64,000 nucleotides of DNA. Source: Faecousia sp. (GTDB lineage: Bacteria; Bacillota; Clostridia; Oscillospirales; Oscillospiraceae). Each line of letters opens with the position of its first letter. Position 1 is the first letter of the stretch. Below the pieces are notes generated by a model. It worked only from the letters and a program-made list of their open reading frames with translations. It had not been told where the DNA came from and did no database searches. The stretch spans positions 21,770 to 85,769 of the forward strand of contig JAZOME010000022.1 of the NCBI GenBank assembly GCA_045653685.1. Reading direction: 5' to 3'. The translations under genes and the position numbers were made by a program. This document shows positions 10,304-24,016 of this stretch, piece after piece.

Positions 10304-11353
10304 TTAGAGCTGGCGCATTAAGCGCTTTTTGGCGATGTTGATAGGGCCTTCGTTCATTGTGTTAATCCAGCCCAGGCTCTTGCCGCAGCCGTAAGCCACG
10401 CAGGAGGCAGGGTCATCTGCCACACGGCACCGGATACCGGTACGCTCAGACAGGAGCTGCTCCATACCGGCAATCTGACTGCCGCCGCCGGTGAGAGTAA
10501 TGCCGTTTTCTGCGATATCACCCACCAGTTCCGGAGAAGTGTCCTCCAAAACGGAAACCAACTCATCGCCAAGCTGCTTCGCCGGACGACGAAGGGCATC
10601 GTTGTAAATTTCCGAGGCCAGCAGTGTAATTTTTCGGGGCAGGGAGGTCTTTGCATCTCGTCCGTTAACCACCATGCTGGCATCTGTTTGGGGAGGATAC
10701 ACACAACCAATCTGAATTTTAATATCTTCCGCAGTATTCTGCCCAATCACAACACCGTGTTTTTTGCGCACATACCGGGCAATCGCCTCATCGAAGGCAA
10801 TACCGGCAATTTTGGTGGAGAAGGATTTGGCAATGCCGTTCATACTCAGCACAGCAATGTCCGTTGTGCCACCGCCGATATCCACCACCATATGTCCGTT
10901 GGGCTTGCTGATATCCAAGCCTGCGCCCAAAGCGGCAGCCATAGGCTCTTCAATCAGGTAAACACGACGGGCACCGGCTTCGATGGCTGCGTTAATGACA
11001 TTGCGTTCTTCCATCTGCGTGACACCACTGGGAACGCTGATAATCACACGGGGTTTCGGATTAAACAGAGAGCTTTTGATTGCCTTGCGGAAAAGCACCT
11101 GCAGCATCTTAACGGTCATATCGTGGTCAGAAATCACACCGTCCTTCAGTGGCTGCATTGCCACCACATTGCCGGGGGTTCTGCCCAGCATATTCCGGGC
11201 GGCAGAGCCCACCTGCAGGATTCTGCCGGTGTTACGATCCACAGCCACCACGGAAGGCTCCCGAATGACCACACCGGCGTTTTCTACGCTAATGAGTATA
11301 TTGGAGGTGCCCAGGTCGATACCCAGGTCAGTGGAGAAAAATTGTAAACGCAT
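10304..11353 (-). CDS. MreB/Mbl-family rod shape-determining protein (paralogue without mreCD)
   Basis: GIDLGT, EPMAAA, DIGGGT, LTGGGS actin-fold motifs. Confidence 0.9.
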   Translation of the reverse strand: MRLQFFSTDLGIDLGTSNILISVENAGVVIREPSVVAVDRNTGRILQVGSAARNMLGRTPGNVVAMQPLKDGVISDHDMTVKMLQVLFRKAIKSSLFNPKPRVIISVPSGVTQMEERNVINAAIEAGARRVYLIEEPMAAALGAGLDISKPNGHMVVDIGGGTTDIAVLSMNGIAKSFSTKIAGIAFDEAIARYVRKKHGVVIGQNTAEDIKIQIGCVYPPQTDASMVVNGRDAKTSLPRKITLLASEIYNDALRRPAKQLGDELVSVLEDTSPELVGDIAENGITLTGGGSQIAGMEQLLSERTGIRCRVADDPASCVAYGCGKSLGWINTMNEGPINIAKKRLMRQL

Positions 11354-11368
11354 AAGAAATCTCCTATA

Positions 11369-12010
11369 TCATTTTTTATCGTTGTCTGCTGTGGCAACAG
11401 CAGCGAAAAGAACCTGCTTAGCACCGGCGGTGAGTAAGGTCTTGGCGCATTCCGAGGCCGTAGCTCCGGTGGTAACTACATCATCGATGAGCAAAATGGT
11501 TTTGCCTTTTACATCTTCGCTTTTTACAATCCGATAAGCGCCCAGAACATTTGCCCGGCGCTTGGCGGCATCCCGGATGCCGGATTGGGGCGGATTGTGC
11601 CGTACTTTCTTCAAAAGCTTCATCACGGGCACACCCAGCTCCAGCGCCACAGCCTTGGCAATCAGGGAGGATTGGTCATAGCCGCGCTTTAATCGGCGCA
11701 GGGCAGAAACCGGCACCCAAGTCACCACATCAAAGTCGTGACGCAGACTGTCGTCCAGCTTCATAGATAAAAGTCTGGCGTAAATTTTGGCATAATTTCT
11801 CCGGGAACGAAACTTAAACCGACGAATACTGCCTCGGACGTTGTCTTTATAATACCACAATGCTGTCCAATGTGCAACAAAAGGAATATTCTTTTTTACA
11901 CGGTTTACCTGCTGCGCCTTTTCCCGGCAATGGTGACACAGGTCAGTCTCCTGCTGGGTCAGCAGTTTTTCGCAAAGCACACATTTCGGTGGAAACAATA
12001 CCCGTAACAT
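11369..12010 (-). CDS. comF: ComF/ComFC family phosphoribosyltransferase-like competence protein
   Basis: N-terminal CxxC...CxxC, RGYDQ, LIDDVVTTGAT. Confidence 0.9.
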   Translation of the reverse strand: MLRVLFPPKCVLCEKLLTQQETDLCHHCREKAQQVNRVKKNIPFVAHWTALWYYKDNVRGSIRRFKFRSRRNYAKIYARLLSMKLDDSLRHDFDVVTWVPVSALRRLKRGYDQSSLIAKAVALELGVPVMKLLKKVRHNPPQSGIRDAAKRRANVLGAYRIVKSEDVKGKTILLIDDVVTTGATASECAKTLLTAGAKQVLFAAVATADNDKK

Positions 12011-14215
12011 TTACTTGTCCTTTCCCTGAAGACGCAGTTTCAGTCCGGTGTATCTGCGGCCGGTTTTGGCGTTGTTGGTCATCACAGCCACCGTTTCCTC
12101 TCTGCCAACAATAATCAGCAGTTCTCTTGCTCGGGTGACGGCGGTGTACAGAAGACTCCTGTTCAGCAAATACGGGGAACTGTTCCAGGCAGACAGCACC
12201 ACTGCCTGATATTCACTGCCCTGGCTTTTATGTACCGTAATAGCATACGCCGGTTCTAATTCTCCCAGTTGGGAGAATTCGTATTCCACCACCCGGTCAT
12301 CAAAGACAACACTTAAAATCTCTTCGGATAAATCAATACTGCGGATAATGCCCACATCTCCGTTGAAAATACCGGAGCCTACAGCACTTCCGTCTGCTTT
12401 CTTCCAAAGAATATCATAGTTGTTTTTTACCTGCATAACCCGGTCGCCTTCCCGGAAGCAGGTATCTCCGTATAACCGTTCTTTCTTTCCGGGGGTGGGA
12501 GGGTTCAAATAGCTTTGCAAAAGCTTATTTAAGCAGACAGTACCGGCTGCACCCTTTTTGGTAGGGGAGAGTACTTGAATTTGGTCGGCAGGAATGCCCA
12601 TATTTTTCGGAAGCCTTGTGGCGCACAGACCTGCAATGGTCTGTCCCACACTGTCTTCAGACCGTGCAGGCAGGAAGAAAAAGTCGTTTTTGACATCCCG
12701 AAGCTCCGGCAGGATACCCTGGTTGATTCGGTGGGCATTGACAACAATCAGGCTTTCCTGCGCCTGCCGGAAAATCTCCGTCAGCCGGATAACCGGAAGC
12801 GCCTCACTGCGGAGCATATCCTTAAAAGGGAAACCGGGACCCACCGGGGGTAGTTGGTCCGGGTCACCTACAAATATCAGCCTAGTCTTCGGAGTAATTG
12901 CCTGCAGAAAATTGTGCAAAAGCCCCACATCCACCATAGACATCTCATCCACAATCACCGCATCGGCTCTTAGGGGATTGTACATATCCCGTGCAAAGAA
13001 CATCTTTCCGGTGTGCGGGTCAATTCCGGCATCCAAAAGCCGGTGAATGGTGGAGGCCTCCTTACCGGTGACTTCCGTCATTCGCTTGGCGGCTCGTCCT
13101 GTAGGCGCTGCCAGCAGGCAGTCGAGTCCAAGCGCATCATATAAAGCCAGAATGCCGTTGACAATGGTGGTTTTGCCGGTACCGGGGCCACCGGTAATCA
13201 GCAAAAGACCGGAGGTTGCGGCAACCATAATGGCCTGCTTTTGTTGTTGAGAATAGGAAACACCACTGTTTTTTGCAATGTTTTCCACCAATTTCTCCAA
13301 ATTTCTAGGGGCAGAATAAACCGTTTCTGCGTGGCGAAGCAGGCTTTCTGTGCTGAAGGTTTCCGCTTCAAACATTCCGGGCAGATAGGCAATTTCAGTA
13401 TCCGCCAGCTTATCCTGCACCAACCGGCCGAATTCTGCCAGCCGGTCAACGCCGTCGGATATCACTGCTTCGTCAATGCTCAGTAGTTGCGCTGTGGCAG
13501 GAATAAGCTTCCCTAAGGGCAAAAAGCTGTGGCCTGCAGAGGTGTTATACCGCAGTTCAAACAGAATACCGGCCTCTACACGGCGACGGTCGTCTCCTGC
13601 CACACCCATTTCAATGGCAAATTGGTCCACAGCGCCAAAGGGCGCATCCAAGTCCTCATCCATCAACAGATATGGGTCGTCATATAATAATTCCAAGGTG
13701 CTGGGGCCATACAGCTTGTAGGTTTTTACCGCCAGCTCTGCAGGTAGGTGGTGCAAGGTGAAAAATTCCATCAAATGGCGAATACCCACTTGGGTGACAA
13801 ATTCCTCGCCAATGGTCTTTGCTTTAGCGGCAGAGATACCCGGAACCTCGGCAAGACGCTCCGGATTTTGTTCCATCACCTGCAGAGTATTTTCTCCAAA
13901 GTGGCTGACAATCCGGGCGGCAATTTTCGGGCCGATGCCCTTAATCACCCGGCTGGACAGATAACCAATGATGTCGGCACGGGTTTGGGGCATCATACGC
14001 TCCAAAAACTCTGCTTCAAATTGCTTGCCGTAGCTTTGATGATTGCTCCATTTTCCGGTGACCAGCAGTTGTTCACCCACAATGGGCAAAGGAATAGTGC
14101 CCACCACCGTTACGGTCTGCCCATCCTGACAGCTTAGCCGCAATACCGCATATCCGTTTTCGTAATTCTCATATACCACAGCAGCAATTACGCCCTGTAA
14201 AACCTCTGTATCCAT
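12011..14215 (-). CDS. recD2: ATP-dependent RecD-like DNA helicase
   Basis: HhH GIGP, GGPGTGKT, DEMSM, QLPPV, HKSQGSE, YTAVTRA. Confidence 0.95.
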   Translation of the reverse strand: MDTEVLQGVIAAVVYENYENGYAVLRLSCQDGQTVTVVGTIPLPIVGEQLLVTGKWSNHQSYGKQFEAEFLERMMPQTRADIIGYLSSRVIKGIGPKIAARIVSHFGENTLQVMEQNPERLAEVPGISAAKAKTIGEEFVTQVGIRHLMEFFTLHHLPAELAVKTYKLYGPSTLELLYDDPYLLMDEDLDAPFGAVDQFAIEMGVAGDDRRRVEAGILFELRYNTSAGHSFLPLGKLIPATAQLLSIDEAVISDGVDRLAEFGRLVQDKLADTEIAYLPGMFEAETFSTESLLRHAETVYSAPRNLEKLVENIAKNSGVSYSQQQKQAIMVAATSGLLLITGGPGTGKTTIVNGILALYDALGLDCLLAAPTGRAAKRMTEVTGKEASTIHRLLDAGIDPHTGKMFFARDMYNPLRADAVIVDEMSMVDVGLLHNFLQAITPKTRLIFVGDPDQLPPVGPGFPFKDMLRSEALPVIRLTEIFRQAQESLIVVNAHRINQGILPELRDVKNDFFFLPARSEDSVGQTIAGLCATRLPKNMGIPADQIQVLSPTKKGAAGTVCLNKLLQSYLNPPTPGKKERLYGDTCFREGDRVMQVKNNYDILWKKADGSAVGSGIFNGDVGIIRSIDLSEEILSVVFDDRVVEYEFSQLGELEPAYAITVHKSQGSEYQAVVLSAWNSSPYLLNRSLLYTAVTRARELLIIVGREETVAVMTNNAKTGRRYTGLKLRLQGKDK

Positions 14216-14341
14216 CCCGGCGATACCGTCCTTTCTTCTTTACAGTTTACTATATTATTGAGGAAAAGAAAAGTCTTTTTTCCAAAAGTTCGGGCAAGCT
14301 AAAATAAAATGTAAAGTTTTCATAAAGAAAGAAAGTTTTTA

Positions 14342-14370
14342 TTGCAAGGGGGTCAAGCTTATCGTATAAT
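14342..14370 (+). promoter_or_regulatory. sigma-A promoter of the atp operon
   Basis: TTGCAA-N17-TATAAT. Confidence 0.75.
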
Positions 14371-14400
14371 AGATAAAAGTGTAAAAAGGGGGACAGCCTG

Positions 14401-14655
14401 TTGAAAAATGTGAAAATGCTGGTATGGCTGACCCAACTGGGCTTAAGTGTGGCGCTGCCGCCCTTGGGCTTTATCTATCTGGCTGTGCGTCTGCGTGAAC
14501 GCTTTTCTTTGGGGAATTGGGTGATATTCGCAGGAATTGCTTTGGGGCTTCTATGTGCGGTGGATGGCCTGCGTAGCTGCCTGAAGACGATGGAGCATAT
14601 GAGCCGGGAAGAACAGGAACCGGAAAAACCGGTTTCCTTCAACGAACACGATTAA
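14401..14655 (+). CDS. AtpZ/AtpQ-type small membrane protein
   Basis: Two TM helices, TQLGLS motif, first gene of atp operon. Confidence 0.7.
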   Translation: MKNVKMLVWLTQLGLSVALPPLGFIYLAVRLRERFSLGNWVIFAGIALGLLCAVDGLRSCLKTMEHMSREEQEPEKPVSFNEHD

Positions 14656-14668
14656 AAGGGGTATTTTT

Positions 14669-15073
14669 ATGCAATCCCGAAAAATAGTATTTCAGGAAAC
14701 AGCCATAGTGCTTGTGGGGCAGCTTATATGCGTGGGTGCGATGTTTGGCATCTATGCGCTGTTAGGCTACTTTTCCATGAAGGTGCTGCTGGGCGGTATT
14801 GTAGGGCTTATTTTGGCAACTGCAAACTTTTTCTTTATGGCGGTGGGGACTTCCCTGGCTGCAGATAAGGCGGAAGCGCAGGATGTCAAGGGCGGTCAGG
14901 CAGTGCTGCAAATCTCTATGTTGGTGCGGTATGTGCTTTTATTTGTGGTTTTGTTTGCTTTTGGGAAAAGCGGACTGTGCGATTTGATTGCGCTGGTTCT
15001 GCCCCTTGTTTTTGTACGACCCATATTGACCTTTGGAGAATTTTTCCGTAAGAAAGGGGATGAGAAGCTGTGA
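14669..15073 (+). CDS. atpI: ATP synthase protein I
   Basis: Four TM helices, directly upstream of atpB. Confidence 0.75.
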   Translation: MQSRKIVFQETAIVLVGQLICVGAMFGIYALLGYFSMKVLLGGIVGLILATANFFFMAVGTSLAADKAEAQDVKGGQAVLQISMLVRYVLLFVVLFAFGKSGLCDLIALVLPLVFVRPILTFGEFFRKKGDEKL

Positions 15074-15960
15074 ATGTGGAAGTAACCGGTGCATATATCT
15101 ATTTTATCATTCCGATTTTTGGCGGAATTCCCGTGACCCAAACGGCGCTTTCGGTGTTGCTGGTTACATTGCTTTTGGGCTTCTTAGCATACTTTTTAGG
15201 GAAGAACCTGACCAAGCGTCCGGGAAAGCTGCAGGTGCTCACAGAAAAGGGCGTTATGATGCTGCGCAATATGGTGATAGACACCATGGGTCAGCACAAT
15301 GCCCACTGGACAGCCTATATTGGCACAATTTTTCTCTCGTCTATTTGCGGTTCTCTGATTGGCCTGACCGGTTTTTTGCGGTCTTCCACGGCGGATTTAA
15401 GTGTGCCGCTAACCTGGGCCATTATGACAACGGCCATTATTTGGTATCATAATATCAAAAACAACGGCTTTTTGGGCTGGCTGAAGGGTTTTACCGAGCC
15501 GGTTGTGGTGATGACACCTATGAACATTATTTCGGAAATCGCCCGGCCCATCTCAATGGCCTTCCGTCATTTCGGCAATGTGGCTGGTGGCGGTGTGATT
15601 ACTATGATTTTATACACTGCCCTGAGCATGGCGTCCTCTCTGGTCATTGGTGCTGTATCCGGGACTGTGGTGGTGCCCATTGTGGTGGCGGTTTTGGGAA
15701 TTGCCCTTTTAATTTGGGGCAAAAAGACAAAAAAGACTGCCCGGACGATTTTCGGAATTATTTTTGTGGTCATTGGCCTTTTAGGCCTGTTGGAAAATTT
15801 AGGCATTTTGAAAAATGTGCCTATTTTGCAGTTTGGCATTCCTGCCGTGCTGTCTGTTTACTTTGACTTGTTCTCCGGCTTTGTGCAGGCGTTCGTATTC
15901 AGCCTTTTGAGTATGGTCTACATTGCCGGGGCTTGTCCGCCTCCTGAGGAAGCGGTTTAA
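15070..15960 (+). CDS. atpB: ATP synthase Fo subunit a
   Basis: RPGKLQ, ARPISMAFRHFGN (essential Arg), VQAFVFSLLSMVYI. Confidence 0.93.
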   Translation: MNVEVTGAYIYFIIPIFGGIPVTQTALSVLLVTLLLGFLAYFLGKNLTKRPGKLQVLTEKGVMMLRNMVIDTMGQHNAHWTAYIGTIFLSSICGSLIGLTGFLRSSTADLSVPLTWAIMTTAIIWYHNIKNNGFLGWLKGFTEPVVVMTPMNIISEIARPISMAFRHFGNVAGGGVITMILYTALSMASSLVIGAVSGTVVVPIVVAVLGIALLIWGKKTKKTARTIFGIIFVVIGLLGLLENLGILKNVPILQFGIPAVLSVYFDLFSGFVQAFVFSLLSMVYIAGACPPPEEAV

Positions 15961-16239
<279 letters not shown>

Positions 16240-16276
16240 GCGCCTTTCTCAAAATCCAACGAAAGGAGCAAAGCAA

Positions 16277-16780
16277 GTGGGATTTGAAGAACTGCTGGGC
16301 GTAAACCCCTGGACTGCAGCCTTTACTCTGGCCAATACAGTTGCTCTGTTTTTGGTTATGAAAAAGTTCCTGTTCAAGCCTGTGATGAAGGTCATTGAGG
16401 ACCGTCAGCAGGAGATTGACACAATGTATGCCGATGCAGGAAACGCCAAGGACAGCGCCCTGGCTTTGGAGGCAGAGTATAAGGAAAAGCTTTCTCAGGC
16501 GACCCAGACCGGGGAGCGCATCGTCAAGGAAGCCACTGCCCGTGGACAGGCTCGCCAGGAGGAGATTCTCCGCCAGGCCAATGAAGAAGCCAATGCCATC
16601 CGCACAAAGGCGGAAGCGGATATTGCCCGGGAAAAGAAAAAAGCGCTGAACGATGCCAAGGATGAGCTGGCAGATTTGGCAGTGGATATTGCCGGAAAGG
16701 TGGTAGGCCGCAGCCTGACCGATGCAGACCAGTCTGGTTTGGTAGAGCGTTTTATTGCAGGATTGGGTGACGGACAATGA
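16277..16780 (+). CDS. atpF: ATP synthase Fo subunit b
   Basis: N-terminal TM, KFLFKPV...R, coiled coil; operon position. Confidence 0.93.
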   Translation: MGFEELLGVNPWTAAFTLANTVALFLVMKKFLFKPVMKVIEDRQQEIDTMYADAGNAKDSALALEAEYKEKLSQATQTGERIVKEATARGQARQEEILRQANEEANAIRTKAEADIAREKKKALNDAKDELADLAVDIAGKVVGRSLTDADQSGLVERFIAGLGDGQ

Positions 16781-17316
16781 CAGAGGTTGGTATCAGCTAC
16801 GGTCAGGCACTGTACACCCTGGCAAAGGATGAAGGACTGTCCAAGGAAATTTTAGATCAGATAAAGGTGCTCCGGGAGAGCTTTTCTCAAGAACCGGATT
16901 TCCTTCGCCTGATGTCTGCGCCGGATTTGAGCAAACAACAGCGGTGTGAAATTTTGGAGGATTGTTTTCAGGAAAAGGTGCATCCCTATGTGCTGAATTT
17001 TTTGAAAATTCTCACAGAAAAGGGCTGTATCAAAGCTTTTCCTGCCTGTGTGAAGGCCTACCTGGAGCAGTATAACCGGGATAATGGGATTATCACGGTT
17101 ATGGCTGTGACTGCGGTGGCGCTGACCCAGGAGCAACATATGCGTTTGGAGCAAAAGCTCCGGCAGGTCACGGGAAAAACCGTGGAACTGCAAAACCGGG
17201 TAGACCCGGCTTGTCTGGGCGGTGTTCGTCTGGACTTTGACGGCAAGCGAGTGGACGGCACGGTGAAAAATCGGCTGGAAACCCTGCGCAGTCAGTTAAA
17301 TAATACGGTACTTTGA
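16777..17316 (+). CDS. atpH: ATP synthase F1 subunit delta
   Basis: [13 protein letters not shown]...DGTV; operon position. Confidence 0.92.
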   Translation: MTEVGISYGQALYTLAKDEGLSKEILDQIKVLRESFSQEPDFLRLMSAPDLSKQQRCEILEDCFQEKVHPYVLNFLKILTEKGCIKAFPACVKAYLEQYNRDNGIITVMAVTAVALTQEQHMRLEQKLRQVTGKTVELQNRVDPACLGGVRLDFDGKRVDGTVKNRLETLRSQLNNTVL

Positions 17317-17329
17317 AAGCAGGTACGCT

Positions 17330-18844
17330 ATGGAATTACGACCGGAAGAATTGACGAAAATCATTCGTCAGAAGATTAAAAACTATGAATCCAAGCTGGA
17401 AACCAGTGAAACCGGCGTGGTTATTCTGGTAGGTGACGGCATTGCCAAGGTCTCCGGGCTGGATAACTGTATGGCAGGTGAGCTGGTGGAATTCCCCAAC
17501 GGCGCTTTTGGTATGGCGCAGAATTTGGAGGAGGACACTGTATCCCTTGTTATTTTAGGCTCGGACAACGGTATCCGGGAAGGTGACAGCGTAAAGCGCA
17601 CCGGACGGGTTGTGGCTGTGCCTGTGGGCGAGAGCCTCATTGGCAGAGTTGTGAACGCCTTGCGTGAACCCATTGACGGCAAGGGTGGCATAGATGCCGT
17701 GAGCTATAACCCCATTGAGGCAATTGCTCCCGGTATTATTGACCGTGAGCCTGTCAATGAACCCTTGCAGACCGGTATCAAGGCTATTGACTCCATGATT
17801 CCCATCGGCAAGGGCCAGCGTGAGCTGATTATCGGTGACCGGCAAACCGGCAAGACCACCATCGCCACGGATACGATCCTGAACCAAAAGGGTAAGGATG
17901 TGATTTGTATTTATGTGGCCATCGGTCAGAAGCGCTCCACCGTCGCCCAGATTGTGGAGGACCTGACCATTGGCGGCGCAATGGATTACACCATCGTGGT
18001 GTCCGCCACCGCATCGGAGCTGGCGCCTATGCAGTATATCGCTCCCTACACCGGCTGTACCATGGGCGAATACTTTATGCACCAGGGTAAGGATGTTTTG
18101 GTGATATATGACGACCTGAGTAAGCACGCAGTGGCATACCGTGCCATTTCGCTTTTGATTCGCCGTCCTCCCGGACGGGAAGCCTATCCCGGCGATGTGT
18201 TTTATCTCCACAGCCGTCTTTTGGAGCGTGCTGCCCATCTGTCCAAAGCTAATGGCGGCGGCAGTCTGACGGCGCTTCCCATTATTGAAACTCAGGCAGG
18301 CGATGTCTCTGCCTACATTCCCACCAATGTGATTTCCATTACCGACGGACAGATTTTCCTGGAGTCGGAGCTGTTTAATGCCGGCGTTATGCCTGCTGTA
18401 AACCCGGGCATCTCTGTGTCCCGTGTTGGCGGCGCTGCGCAGATTAAGGCGATGAAAAAGGTGTCCGGCTCTTTGAAGCTACTGTACTCTCAGTACCGGG
18501 AGCTGCAAAGCTTTGCCCAGTTCGGTTCGGATTTGGATGCCGATACCAAGGCCCGTTTGGCCTTGGGTGAGCGAATTGTGGAGGTTCTGAAGCAGAAAAA
18601 CAAGGCACCGGTGGAGGTAGCCCACCAGGTGTGTATTATTTATGCGGTGGTAAACGGTTATCTCAAAGACATTGCGGTGTCTGAGATTCCAGAATTTGAG
18701 CTGCGCTTGCGTGAGTTTATGGACAACCGTTATGAAGACGTCCTGACTCAAATCCGCACCACCGGTAAGCTGGAAGAAGCGACGGAGGAAACTCTGAAGA
18801 CTGCCCTTGTCCAGCTTGTTGAGGAGTTCCGAAAGGAGAGCTAA
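17330..18844 (+). CDS. atpA: ATP synthase F1 subunit alpha
   Basis: [29 protein letters not shown]. Confidence 0.98.
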   Translation: MELRPEELTKIIRQKIKNYESKLETSETGVVILVGDGIAKVSGLDNCMAGELVEFPNGAFGMAQNLEEDTVSLVILGSDNGIREGDSVKRTGRVVAVPVGESLIGRVVNALREPIDGKGGIDAVSYNPIEAIAPGIIDREPVNEPLQTGIKAIDSMIPIGKGQRELIIGDRQTGKTTIATDTILNQKGKDVICIYVAIGQKRSTVAQIVEDLTIGGAMDYTIVVSATASELAPMQYIAPYTGCTMGEYFMHQGKDVLVIYDDLSKHAVAYRAISLLIRRPPGREAYPGDVFYLHSRLLERAAHLSKANGGGSLTALPIIETQAGDVSAYIPTNVISITDGQIFLESELFNAGVMPAVNPGISVSRVGGAAQIKAMKKVSGSLKLLYSQYRELQSFAQFGSDLDADTKARLALGERIVEVLKQKNKAPVEVAHQVCIIYAVVNGYLKDIAVSEIPEFELRLREFMDNRYEDVLTQIRTTGKLEEATEETLKTALVQLVEEFRKES

Positions 18845-18849
18845 AGCCT

Positions 18850-21507
<2,658 letters not shown>

Positions 21508-21510
<3 letters not shown>

Positions 21511-21545
21511 AGAATGGAGAAGCGTTAAGCTTCTCCATTCTTTTT
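21508..21545 (+). terminator. Intrinsic terminator of the atp operon (overlaps 3' end of tmcAL on the - strand)
   Basis: aaagaatggagaagc / gcttctccattcttt plus T run. Confidence 0.8.
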
Positions 21546-22679
21546 GTAGTAAACCCGATATTTTTCTTCACTTGCCGGTGGCTCCGGAACCTCCGCAAAC
21601 AAACCGTATAAATCCGTGCACCGATTTTCCAAAAGCTGATAAGCGTCCGGTCGAATTTCCCCGATGTTGGGGAATTCACCCTGGGTTCGGAATTTCTTCA
21701 GAATGTCCCGTCCTTTATCATTAAAAGCCAACGCTCTGACATAAGGAACGGGCTCTGTCAATGTCTTTTGTGTAATTCCCAAAAAGGCGCACAGCACCAT
21801 TCTGTCCAGCCGGGTGCGGGTATATCGCTTGGATTTTACTGCCGCAATAATTTCCTCTAAAGTGCCAAACTGCCGGCTGGCGTGCATCAGCTTTCGCCAA
21901 AGACCCTCAGAGCCGTAGGGCAGTGCTTCAAATTCCTCATCACTCATCGTTCTGAGTCTGGTCAGAACCGAGCGCTCTCCAAAGGCAGTGCAGTGACGAT
22001 TGCCGCCTGCAAAAATCTCCCGGACAGTCTCCGGCACATAGCTTTGCCAGTCCTGCTTCTGGAAAATCTGCTGGCGCAGAAAGGTAGCAGAGGGGTTTTC
22101 TGCATCCGGAAGGGTATCGTGGTAATTACCCCGGCGCAAAATGGGCATAATCTTCATAGCACTGTTTTGGGACAATATAGCCTTGCAGTACTCAACGGCT
22201 AAAATGTTGTTGGGCATTGCAAGAATATCTGCGCATACCCCCATCTTTTCCAGCGCCCTTTGTCGTGCTGTGGGAAAAGAGATGCCCTTTTCCAGCTCCT
22301 CTTTTAAGATAGGGGAGAACTCCGAACGAAGCAGTGCACCGGCGACCTGCCAAAGCGTATCTGCCTGGGCATTTTCTGCGCCGAAGCACAAGCCGTCACA
22401 GGCTTTGGATAAAATGGACACACCACCTTGAGCAAAGCCTTCCGCAGAGGATAGAGCAACCGGGATGGGCAGTTCCAAAACCAAGTCCGCACCGCAAGCA
22501 ATTGCGGCCTGGGCACGGTGCATTTTATCAAAAATGGCAGGTTCGCCCCTTTGCACATAGTTACCACTCATTAAACAGACAATACCGTAATCCGGATTAT
22601 CACTGCGAATAATGTCGATTTGCTTTTTGTGACCCAAATGCAGGGGGTTATATTCACAAATAATGCCGATGATTTTCAA
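21525..22679 (-). CDS. tmcAL: tRNA(Met) cytidine acetate ligase (YlbM family nucleotidyltransferase)
   Basis: EYNPLHLGH, MSGNYVQRGEP, PNNILAVEY, SAT..R, KSKRYT; probable TTG start 22679. Confidence 0.88.
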   Translation of the reverse strand: MKIIGIICEYNPLHLGHKKQIDIIRSDNPDYGIVCLMSGNYVQRGEPAIFDKMHRAQAAIACGADLVLELPIPVALSSAEGFAQGGVSILSKACDGLCFGAENAQADTLWQVAGALLRSEFSPILKEELEKGISFPTARQRALEKMGVCADILAMPNNILAVEYCKAILSQNSAMKIMPILRRGNYHDTLPDAENPSATFLRQQIFQKQDWQSYVPETVREIFAGGNRHCTAFGERSVLTRLRTMSDEEFEALPYGSEGLWRKLMHASRQFGTLEEIIAAVKSKRYTRTRLDRMVLCAFLGITQKTLTEPVPYVRALAFNDKGRDILKKFRTQGEFPNIGEIRPDAYQLLENRCTDLYGLFAEVPEPPASEEKYRVYYKKNGEA

Positions 22680-22814
22680 AAAACAACCCACCTTTTCAAA
22701 AAAATTCCATTATTGGACTTGCTCTTTTTGCAGTTTTATTATAGAATAGGCGTATCTATGGTTATCTTATCAGCAAATGACAAGAAAATCAATTATTTTA
22801 GGAGGAAGTTTTTC

Positions 22815-24005
22815 ATGAATGTTTTGGTTATCAATGCCGGCAGCTCCAGCCTCAAGTACCAGCTGATGAACCCTGAGACCGGTGATGTGTCTGCTAAGGG
22901 CTTGTGCGAGCGTATCTACATTGACGGCCGTCTGACCCACAAGGTTGGCGACAAGAAGGTGGAGAAGGATATCGCTATGCCTACCCACTCTGAGGCTATT
23001 CAGGCTGTTTTGGCTATTTTGGTTGACCCCGTGGACGGCGTGATTAAGTCCGTAGACGAGATTGATGCAGTTGGCCACCGTGTGCTTCACGGCGGTATGG
23101 AGTTCTTCGATTCCTGCATCATCAACGACGAGGTGATTAAGGCTATTAAGAAGTGTATTCCTCTGGGACCGCTTCATAACCCTGCAAACCTGATGGGTAT
23201 CGAGGCTTGCCAGGCTGTTATGCCCAACACTCCCCAGGTTGCTGTGTTCGACACCGCTTTCCACATGACCATGCCCCCCAAGGCATACCGTTATGCTATC
23301 CCCACTGAGTATTACGAAAATGACTCCATCCGTCGCTATGGCTTCCACGGTACTTCCCACAAGTATGTGGCAAAGCGTACCGCACAGTTGGTTGGCAAGA
23401 CTGAGTTTAAGATGGTTAACTGCCACTTGGGCAACGGCTCCTCTATGTCCGCAGTGAAGGACGGCAAGTGCCAGGATACCACTATGGGTCTGACCCCTCT
23501 GGCCGGTGTTCCTATGGGTACTCGTTCCGGTGACATTGATGCTGCTGTGGTGCAGTTTATCTGCAACAAGTACAATATGAGCGTGGATGAGTGCCTGAAT
23601 ATGCTTAACAAGAAGTCCGGCATGCTGGCTCTGTCCGGTGTTTCCTCCGACTTCCGTGACCTGGAGGACGGCGCTTCCAAGGGTGATGAGAACTGCGCTT
23701 TGGCTCGTGACAAGTTCTGCTACGAGGTTGCTAAGTATGTCGGCGCTTACGCTGCAGCCCTCAACGGCATTGATGTGCTGACCTTCACCGCCGGTGTGGG
23801 CGAGAACGATGTCAATGTCCGTGCTGCTGTTTGTGAGTACCTGGGCTTTATGGGTGTTAAGATTGACCCCGAGCTGAACGCAAAGCGTGGCAAGGAAATG
23901 ATGATTTCCACCCCCGATTCCAAGGTTCAGGTTTGGGTTGTTCCCACCAATGAAGAGCTGATGATTGCTCAGGATACCGCAGAGCTGGTAAACGCTGCAA
24001 AATAA
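22815..24005 (+). CDS. ackA: Acetate kinase
   Basis: VINAGSSSLK, GHRVLHGG, PLHNP, DTAFH, HLGNG, PTNEE; AGGAGG RBS. Confidence 0.97.
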   Translation: MNVLVINAGSSSLKYQLMNPETGDVSAKGLCERIYIDGRLTHKVGDKKVEKDIAMPTHSEAIQAVLAILVDPVDGVIKSVDEIDAVGHRVLHGGMEFFDSCIINDEVIKAIKKCIPLGPLHNPANLMGIEACQAVMPNTPQVAVFDTAFHMTMPPKAYRYAIPTEYYENDSIRRYGFHGTSHKYVAKRTAQLVGKTEFKMVNCHLGNGSSMSAVKDGKCQDTTMGLTPLAGVPMGTRSGDIDAAVVQFICNKYNMSVDECLNMLNKKSGMLALSGVSSDFRDLEDGASKGDENCALARDKFCYEVAKYVGAYAAALNGIDVLTFTAGVGENDVNVRAAVCEYLGFMGVKIDPELNAKRGKEMMISTPDSKVQVWVVPTNEELMIAQDTAELVNAAK

Positions 24006-24016
24006 TTGAAATGAAT

